Assembly (NCBI GenBank): GCA_965242725.1 | Contig: CBDESZ010000030.1 | Coordinates: forward strand, 1 to 64,000 | DNA from: Alkalispirochaeta sp. | Lineage (GTDB): Bacteria > Spirochaetota > Spirochaetia > DSM-27196 > Alkalispirochaetaceae | Reading direction: 5' to 3' | Length of the DNA stretch: 64,000 nt | Shown here: positions 54,166 to 64,000 of the stretch, piece after piece | Position numbering within the stretch: position 1 is the first letter of the stretch | How the letters are laid out: the number at the start of each line of letters is the position of its first letter | Position numbers and translations under genes: made by a program | The notes under the pieces: generated by a model | Seen by the model: only the letters and a program-made list of their open reading frames with translations | Database searches by the model: none | What the model was told of the DNA's origin: nothing

Positions 54166-55263
54166 TCAGAGGCGGTTCTTGCTGTGGGGATCAAAGGCGT
54201 CCCGCAACCCGTCTCCGAGAAAATTCATCGCAAAGAGAAAGACGGTCATCGTCAATGCGGGAAGAAAGAGCTGCCACGGTGTCGTATTCATCCGTTCCAC
54301 CGCGTCGCTTACGAGGGATCCCCATGAGGCGTACGGCGCCGAAACACCCAGCCCGAGAAAGGAGAGAAACGACTCCTGCATGATAAACGCAGGTATGCGC
54401 AAGGTGGCAAAGACGATGATAATTCCGGCGGTGTTCGGCACAAGGTGCCGGAATATGATACGCCCCCGGGACGCCCCCATACTCCGTGCAGCTTCAACAA
54501 ACTCGCTGTTCTTGAGGGAGATGATTTGTCCCCGGACAACTCGAGCGACGACAAGCCAGCTCACAAGGGCCAGTGCGAGAAAGAGGTTGAAAATGTTACG
54601 GCCGAATATGGCCATCATGATAATGACCAGGAGCATATAGGGCAGACTGTACATGACGTCCACAAACCGCATGATGATATAGTCCGTCTTTCCTCCCACA
54701 TATCCGGCAATTGCCCCCACGACGATACCGATAAGCACCGAGGTGATGGTTCCGATAAGCCCGATAGCGATGGAGATCTGACCGCCGTATATGATACGAC
54801 TCAGGAGGTCTCTGCCCAGGTGATCCGTCCCGGCAATGTACCGCCGCTGGTGGATCATCACATCCTCTCCGTCGACCGTGCGTGTCTCCGTCGCGATGCG
54901 CTCCCGCATGGCATCCAGTTCCGCCAGCTCGTCTGCATTGAGAGTCGTTCTGCCGTCACGCTCGGCAAGGGCGTACATACGCGTTTCAACACGTTCAAGC
55001 CACAACTCCCCGGCGGTCTTCGTCAGTGACGGCGGCAGGTCGCGATGTTCAGATATCTGAAACCGAAAACTGTGAATCGGCAGAATCGGAGCCGTGATGG
55101 CCAGGAGTGCGTACACCACAACGATGACCAGACCGATCATCGCCATGCGGTTCTTTTTCAGACGACGCCATGCGTCCTTGGTGAGACTGACCCCTTCAAG
55201 GGGCTGGTCAAATTCGTTTACGTCCTCGCCGGGTTCGGCAACGATGGGTTGATGATTGCTCAT
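54166..55263 (-). CDS. oppC: Oligopeptide ABC transporter permease
   Basis: AWRRLKKN, GTDHLGRD, FVEAARSMGA, ESFLSFLGLG. Confidence 0.95.
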   Translation of the reverse strand: MSNHQPIVAEPGEDVNEFDQPLEGVSLTKDAWRRLKKNRMAMIGLVIVVVYALLAITAPILPIHSFRFQISEHRDLPPSLTKTAGELWLERVETRMYALAERDGRTTLNADELAELDAMRERIATETRTVDGEDVMIHQRRYIAGTDHLGRDLLSRIIYGGQISIAIGLIGTITSVLIGIVVGAIAGYVGGKTDYIIMRFVDVMYSLPYMLLVIIMMAIFGRNIFNLFLALALVSWLVVARVVRGQIISLKNSEFVEAARSMGASRGRIIFRHLVPNTAGIIIVFATLRIPAFIMQESFLSFLGLGVSAPYASWGSLVSDAVERMNTTPWQLFLPALTMTVFLFAMNFLGDGLRDAFDPHSKNRL

Positions 55264-55272
55264 TACATATTC

Positions 55273-56202
55273 CTATTTATACGAAATGCGGGGATCGAGA
55301 AGGGCATACACGATATCCACAATGAAGTTCATGATCACAAGAATGACGGAGAATACGATGACCGTACCCATGATAAGCGTATAATCCCGGTTGAATGCGG
55401 ACTGGACAAAGAAGCGTCCCAATCCGGGTACTCGAAAGATCTGCTCGACCACGACCGATCCGGTGACGATACCGGCAAATGCCGGCCCCAGATAGGAAAC
55501 GACGGGAAGCAAGGCTCCCTTCAGGACGTGTTTCCAGATGACGACAGACTCTCTCAACCCCTTTGCCCGGGCGGTGCGAATGTAATCGCTTCGGAGCACT
55601 TCAATGATACTCGCCCGTGTCAGACGACCGATGTACGCAAAATAGGGAAACGCCAACGTAACGGCGGGCATAATAATGGTCACCCAGCCGTTGCGACCGC
55701 CGATCCACCCGCTCGTAGGCAGAAGCTGCCATCGCATCGCCAGAAAGTACATCAGTACCGGGCCGATCACGAAGAGGGGGACCGATATGCCTACCACGGC
55801 AAATGACATGGAGAGATAGTCCGCCAGCTTGTTCTGTCTGAGGGCCGATATGATACCGCTCCCGACGCCGAGGATGATGGCGATTGAGAGGGAGATGACG
55901 CCGAGCACCATCGAGACGGGGAGGCTGTTGAATATATAATAATTGACGTCCCGATCCATATACCGGTAGGAAGGTCCGAGGTCACCCCTGGCGATGTCCC
56001 AGAGGTACATTCCGTACTGCACCACCAGCGGTTTGTCCATGTTGTATTTTGCCTCGATGTTTTCCATTACCTGGGGAGGTAACGCCTTTTCCCGATCGAA
56101 GGGGCCGCCGGGGGCCACACGAATGACAAAGAAACTTATCGTGACAATGATAAACAATGTCGGAAATAACCCGAGAAAACGACGGATAATGTATTGAGTC
56201 AT
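55273..56202 (-). CDS. oppB: Oligopeptide ABC transporter permease
   Basis: APGGPF, GDLGPS, YIRTARAKGL, LDPRI; start at MTQYIIRR. Confidence 0.95.
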   Translation of the reverse strand: MTQYIIRRFLGLFPTLFIIVTISFFVIRVAPGGPFDREKALPPQVMENIEAKYNMDKPLVVQYGMYLWDIARGDLGPSYRYMDRDVNYYIFNSLPVSMVLGVISLSIAIILGVGSGIISALRQNKLADYLSMSFAVVGISVPLFVIGPVLMYFLAMRWQLLPTSGWIGGRNGWVTIIMPAVTLAFPYFAYIGRLTRASIIEVLRSDYIRTARAKGLRESVVIWKHVLKGALLPVVSYLGPAFAGIVTGSVVVEQIFRVPGLGRFFVQSAFNRDYTLIMGTVIVFSVILVIMNFIVDIVYALLDPRISYK

Positions 56203-56243
56203 GAGAGGGGTATTATAGCGGTACCGAAAGGATGCTGACAAGT

Positions 56244-56273
56244 AAAAAAGCCCCGCCTGAAGGCGGGGCTTTT
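56244..56273 (-). terminator. Intrinsic terminator between oppA and oppB
   Basis: GCCCCGCC/GGCGGGGC stem flanked by A6 and T4. Confidence 0.85.
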
Positions 56274-56304
56274 CATGAGCTCAGACTGATTCTCGAAAAT
56301 GGAA

Positions 56305-57885
56305 TCAGTTGGCGGAAATATCTCCAACGGGATGCCATCCCATGATGTTGGCGTACCATCCGTTCCACTTGTCAAGATCGATCATGTTCTTGTTGACGTA
56401 GTAGTAGATCGGCATGATGCCCATGTCCTCTTCGATAAAGAGGCGCTCCGCCTGGCGGAGAACGTTGAAACGCGCTTCTCCGGCGGGCATGCGTGCAGCC
56501 TGAGCGATCAGTCGATCATACTCGGCGTTGCTGTACTGGCCGCCGTTCATGGCACCGCCGGTGACAAACATATCGAGGAAGGTATTGGGATCCTGATAGT
56601 CGCCGATCCAGCCCGCCCGGGCGATGTCAAAGTTGTGCTCCCGTCGATTCGCGAGGTAGGTTGCCCATTCCTGGTTTTCGAGGGTGACCTCGATACCGAG
56701 ATTGACGCGCCACTGCTCCTGGATGAACTCACCGATTGCCCGGTGGCTCTCGTGGGTATTATACAGAACGGTCAGTTCGGGGAAGCCTTCTCCGTTGGGG
56801 AAACCGGCATCTGCGAGGAGCTGACGAGCCATTTCATAGTCTTCACCAAGTCCTTCAATCGCGGGGTAACCGGTCATGTCCGGAACGATTGAGTACGCGG
56901 GAATCTCACCAGCCTTGGTGACGGTCTCTACGAGCTCCTGCCGGTCAATTGCCAGCGCGAGGGCTTTACGGACACGAGGATCGTTCAGCGGTTCGCGACC
57001 GTTGTTGAGAACGTAGTAGTAGGAACCCAGGTAGGGGCTCACCTGAAAGTCATCGCGAAGCATAGCCGACTCGACCTGGCTGGCCGGGACGTCGGTGGAC
57101 CAGTCCATCTCGCCGTTCAGGTACATGTTGTGGGCGGTGGTGTTGTCGTCAACGGGGAGGAAGACAACGCGATCCAGCTCCACTTTTTCCGCATTCCAGT
57201 AGGTCGGATTGGGGGTCAGGACGATCTGGGACTGGGGTGACCATTCTTCAAGGACGTACGGACCGTTACCGACGTGGTTTTCAGGCAGCGTCCATTGATC
57301 GCCGAACTCCTCGATAGCGTGAATCGGCACGATGGCAAATGAGTAATGGGCCAGCGCGTCGAGGGTGTACGGGAGGGGTCCAACGGTCTCAAACTGGAAT
57401 GTCCGGTCGTCGATGGCGCGTACCGCAACTGATTCGGGGCCCGCTTCACCGGCGTTGTATTCCGCGGCGCCCTGGATAAACATCGAGGGGAACCACGCAT
57501 AGGGGGCTGCAGTCTCGGGATTCAGAACGCGCAGCCAACTGTCAACCACCTGCTGGGCGGTGATGGGCGTACCGTCACTCCATTGGGCGTCTTCCCGGAG
57601 AGTGAAGGTGTATTCAGTTCCGTCGGAGCTGATTTCCCAGCTTTCGGCAACACCGGGCATAGCAGTGGCCGTCTCCGGATCGGGGGTTACCAGACCTTCA
57701 TAAATACCCATCATGATGCGATGTTCGGGAACACCGGACACAAGATGGGGATCGAGAGATTCCGGTTCGGCACCATTTCCGATGATAAACTCGGTTCCTG
57801 CGCTCACTTCTTCGCGTCCGCCCGCGGCGAATGCAAGAGAAGCAACGAGAACGACAAGACCGACCATAAACAAGGTCTTTTTCAT
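56305..57885 (-). CDS. oppA: Oligopeptide ABC transporter substrate-binding protein
   Basis: EPESLDP, PGVAESW, WSDG, NGPY, RAGWIGDY.DP; GGAGGGAG SD before MKKTLF. Confidence 0.95.
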   Translation of the reverse strand: MKKTLFMVGLVVLVASLAFAAGGREEVSAGTEFIIGNGAEPESLDPHLVSGVPEHRIMMGIYEGLVTPDPETATAMPGVAESWEISSDGTEYTFTLREDAQWSDGTPITAQQVVDSWLRVLNPETAAPYAWFPSMFIQGAAEYNAGEAGPESVAVRAIDDRTFQFETVGPLPYTLDALAHYSFAIVPIHAIEEFGDQWTLPENHVGNGPYVLEEWSPQSQIVLTPNPTYWNAEKVELDRVVFLPVDDNTTAHNMYLNGEMDWSTDVPASQVESAMLRDDFQVSPYLGSYYYVLNNGREPLNDPRVRKALALAIDRQELVETVTKAGEIPAYSIVPDMTGYPAIEGLGEDYEMARQLLADAGFPNGEGFPELTVLYNTHESHRAIGEFIQEQWRVNLGIEVTLENQEWATYLANRREHNFDIARAGWIGDYQDPNTFLDMFVTGGAMNGGQYSNAEYDRLIAQAARMPAGEARFNVLRQAERLFIEEDMGIMPIYYYVNKNMIDLDKWNGWYANIMGWHPVGDISAN

Positions 57886-58037
57886 AAAAGCTCCCTCCTT
57901 ATTGGGATTATTGTAGAGAGAGATAATACACCATGAATTCAGGAGAACGCAACAACGGCGACGTTGACAAAGGTACCGGCCGGGACTACTGTAATACGTG
58001 TGACGTTTGAAACACACCCTTCTTTTCGGGAGTTACA

Positions 58038-58970
58038 ATGATACATATCGATACCGTATTTCGGCAGGTTACGGACCAACTCATTAAAAACAGCAAGGAA
58101 GAGCAATCTATTGACCGCAGCAGGGTCTTTCAGCCGGCAAATATGGAAAACCGCGGGCTTGTGGAAAAGATCATCGGAACGCTGCTCCTGCCGGGGAGCG
58201 GAATTGAGGGATATGAGAATCTGAAGGAGCTCTATGAGCGTTCCCAGCGCGGAGAATCATGCCTCATTCTCATGGAGCACTACAGCAATTTTGATATTCC
58301 CAACCTCTTCTATCTTGCAAAAAACTATCCCGACGGCATCTTCGTAACCGACGGGATCGTCGCGATGGCGGGGACAAAGCTGAATGAGGAGAGCCGGTTC
58401 GTACTTGCCTTTACCGAGGCATATACGCGTATCGTAATCTACCCGGCCCGGCTCCTCTCGGCCCTTGAGGGAAGCGACCGGTACGCATCGGAGCGGGCGC
58501 GGAGTCGGGAGATAAACCGAAGCGCCCTGCGGGAAATGATTCGACTGAAGCACTCGGGCCATATGGTTCTGCTCTTTCCCGCCGGTACGAGATACCGCCC
58601 GGGCAAGCCGGAAACGAAACAGGTCCTTCTGGAAGTCGATTCCTACATCAAGGGGTTTGACCATATGGTTTTTGTCGGTATCGCCGGCAATACCCTGGAA
58701 GTGAGCCCGGCGGGAAATATGGAACATGACTATCCCTGCACGGACGTCGTCGTCTACCAGGTGAGTGAAGTTACCGATTCAGCGAGTTTTCGAAATAGCG
58801 CCAGGGAAAACGTTCCCGAAGGTGGAGAAGCGGCCAAACGGGCCGTCGGGGCGGCGGTGGAACGACGTTTTGACGAGCTTCACGTCGAAGCGGAAATGGT
58901 CCGTGACGCTGCCGTCAAAAACCTCGAGAAAGAGGGAGTCAAACCGCAGCGCTTCGCATTTCCTACGTAG
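58038..58970 (+). CDS. Glycerol-3-phosphate acyltransferase (plastid/spirochaete type)
   Basis: HX4D motif EHYSNFD, FPAGTR. Confidence 0.8.
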   Translation: MIHIDTVFRQVTDQLIKNSKEEQSIDRSRVFQPANMENRGLVEKIIGTLLLPGSGIEGYENLKELYERSQRGESCLILMEHYSNFDIPNLFYLAKNYPDGIFVTDGIVAMAGTKLNEESRFVLAFTEAYTRIVIYPARLLSALEGSDRYASERARSREINRSALREMIRLKHSGHMVLLFPAGTRYRPGKPETKQVLLEVDSYIKGFDHMVFVGIAGNTLEVSPAGNMEHDYPCTDVVVYQVSEVTDSASFRNSARENVPEGGEAAKRAVGAAVERRFDELHVEAEMVRDAAVKNLEKEGVKPQRFAFPT

Positions 58971-58986
58971 ACGCACGGCTCCGATT

Positions 58987-59899
58987 CTATATGCGCCGAT
59001 ACAAATGGCCGGCCGAATGAAATCCACCGCCCTTCGCCAGTGCCTTCACGGCGGGTGATTCCGGACCCGCCTCCCACAACATGACGATACCGTCGTCCAT
59101 GTCCGCAATGGAGGTGGCACGATACAGGAGCTCCGATGCAACTCCCATACCGCGAAATTCCGGCTCGACGTAGAGCTGACGTATGGTCATGATCGTATAG
59201 CCCCCTTCCACGCCGTGTGAGGTTATCCATACGAAGGCGATAATTTCCTGCTCAGGCGTGGATGCGGCAATCACGGTACTGTGTGGCCTGGCGGGAGATC
59301 CCAGGCTTGACCGACGCTCGGCAAAGAAGTGATCGACCACCTCTGGGGGCAACGTCGGGGAATGCATTTCGTAATATCCGATCTGATCCATATGAAGCAC
59401 CTTGTCCTCCGGGACCGGATCGAGTACTTCAAAAACGATATCGGTCATGAGCAGATCATGAAGCTCTTCGTCGGCGCCGAGCTCCAGCGTCTCAAGCCCT
59501 TTGAGACCCCGCAGCTCGTTATACCATTCGACAACCGCGTCACGCATCGCCATGTATTTATACCTGTAGTACCGGCGTTGTACCTCCGGCGCTTCCCGCA
59601 GGGTGTCCTTGAACCTTCTGAAGACCTTTGAGCCGCTGAGAAGGATGGTCTGAAGACGATCCCTCAGCGGGGGGTCCTGAATCTCCGATACAAAACGTTC
59701 CATCAGAAAGAAGCCGTCCGCGCTCTTCCATTGAGGAATATCCTGATATCGACCATCCGGATCGGTGAAGTCATCGGGCCGCTCTTCCGGATCCACCAGA
59801 TCCTCCCGAAGGAGCGCTCCTTTTTCGATATCAACGAGATATCGAATCTTCTGATTCTCCATGGCAAAGATCAGCTGGCGAATCAACGCCTCCCGAAGT

Positions 59900-59907
<8 letters not shown>
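58987..59907 (-). CDS. UPF0158 domain + C-terminal GNAT acetyltransferase domain
   Basis: IFAMENQ, IP.W.SADGF.LMERF, VFRRFKD; LYVEPEFRGMGVAS.LL. Confidence 0.75.
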
Positions 59908-63015
<3,108 letters not shown>

Positions 63016-63049
63016 TCCATTCGGGCCGGACTCGAAGCCGGACATACAT

Positions 63050-63089
63050 AAAAGAGGCCGTCTTACCCGGTGTAAGACGGCCTTTTCTT
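63050..63089. terminator. Bidirectional terminator between eno and acyP
   Basis: AGGCCGTCTTAC-CCGGT-GTAAGACGGCCT with flanking A/T runs. Confidence 0.85.
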
Positions 63090-63381
63090 ATTCCACGGTA
63101 AATGCGGAATATCCTTGCAGGCGGGAAAGACGGCGAATATCGATGCGGGTAACTCGTGCCGCCGGCGGCCCTTCACGCAACCACGAAGCGAATGTATCGA
63201 TCGCGGCAGGCGGACCCTCGGCGTGGACCTCCACACTCCCGTCAGGGCGGTTTTTCGCCCACCCGGTAATCCCCAGGCGGCGGGCATTGTTTCGTGTGTA
63301 GTAGCGAAATGCAACGCCCTGCACCCGCCCGTATATTTCCGCGTGGATTCCTTTCCGTGTATCTCCGACGTTATCGGACAT
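63088..63381 (-). CDS. acyP: Acylphosphatase
   Basis: GRVQGVAFR, GWAKNRPDGSVE, GPPAARV. Confidence 0.92.
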   Translation of the reverse strand: MSDNVGDTRKGIHAEIYGRVQGVAFRYYTRNNARRLGITGWAKNRPDGSVEVHAEGPPAAIDTFASWLREGPPAARVTRIDIRRLSRLQGYSAFTVE

Positions 63382-63727
63382 CGAGACTATCCCGTATGGC
63401 TCCTTCCAACTCTGCGTAGTCAAAGGGCTTGTACATCACGGGAAAAGGTATTTGAAAATCGGGACGGAGAAAACCGCTCGTGACAATAACCTTATGGTCG
63501 GGACAGAACCGTTCAAGAAAACGGATCCAATAGTCGCCGCCAAATATGTCCATCCGGTAGTCGGTAATGATAATGTCGATCTTTGAATCGAGAATGTGTT
63601 TGATTGCGCCTACCCCGTCGGACGCTACCAGGACGGTATATTCCTTCCGCTCAAGGTAGTCCCGCAGGGTAAGACGAATAGCGTCCTCGTCATCAACAAG
63701 TAGGACTGTCGTGTCTGCCTGTTTCAT
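63371..63727 (-). CDS. Single-domain response regulator (receiver only)
   Basis: VLLVDDE, IITDYRM, TSG, KPF. Confidence 0.88.
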   Translation of the reverse strand: MKQADTTVLLVDDEDAIRLTLRDYLERKEYTVLVASDGVGAIKHILDSKIDIIITDYRMDIFGGDYWIRFLERFCPDHKVIVTSGFLRPDFQIPFPVMYKPFDYAELEGAIRDSLDVR

Positions 63728-63741
63728 CGGTATGGGTACAA

Positions 63742-64000
63742 TCAGTCGGGACGAACCGAGCGATTTTCCGCGAGTTCCTCAATCAGTCCGGGTAACGCTT
63801 CCAGATCAATCGGTTTCTTTATGAATCCGTCCACTCCCGCTTCACGGGCCCGATTCTCCACCTCTCCATCGTCCAGTCCCGTAATAGCGATGACGATGGG
63901 TCGTGAGAGATTCTCATCGGACTTAATCTGCCGTGTCAGTTTATACCCGTCGACACCAGGAAGGTTGATGTCGAGGATCACCACGTCGGGACGTTGTTCA
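63742..64000 (-). CDS. Response regulator receiver domain (5' part outside the window)
   Basis: VILDINLPGVDG, ITG, KPID; frame open to the window edge. Confidence 0.85.
   Translation of the reverse strand, partial: EQRPDVVILDINLPGVDGYKLTRQIKSDENLSRPIVIAITGLDDGEVENRAREAGVDGFIKKPIDLEALPGLIEELAENRSVRPD

Overview
A 64-kb, GC-rich core-chromosome window from a free-living spirochaete (Spirochaeta/Alkalispirochaeta-like). The assignment rests on an Msp-type outer-sheath porin, an FlcA-like flagellar collar protein, a plastid-type GPAT and a tRNA-Ala-only rRNA spacer. The window holds a complete minus-strand rRNA operon (16S-tRNA-Ala-23S-5S), a trpE-GD-CF-B-A operon, oppABCDF, glmS, proS, eno, ilvE, manC, a PFOR and a probable glucosylglycerate/mannosylglucosylglycerate compatible-solute cluster. 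I found no CRISPR array, transposase, integrase or phage genes. The most interesting signals are mostly outside the ORF track. (1) An unannotated, apparently leaderless 24-aa Trp-Trp-Trp leader peptide is followed by a six-segment attenuator with two tandem terminators. (2) A ~230-bp structured unit lies between direct repeats of the 5S rRNA 3' end and is built from a recurring hairpin module. (3) The PFOR lacks its 2x[4Fe-4S] ferredoxin domain, with the frame intact. (4) About eleven genes have a -10 box 6-7 nt before the start codon, suggesting widespread leaderless translation, including one symmetric bidirectional promoter. (5) Two neighbouring stress regulators (HcpR-like Crp/Fnr and Rrf2) each carry a +1 frameshift, which may be real or sequencing error. 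All family calls come from motif recognition by eye; no searches were run.
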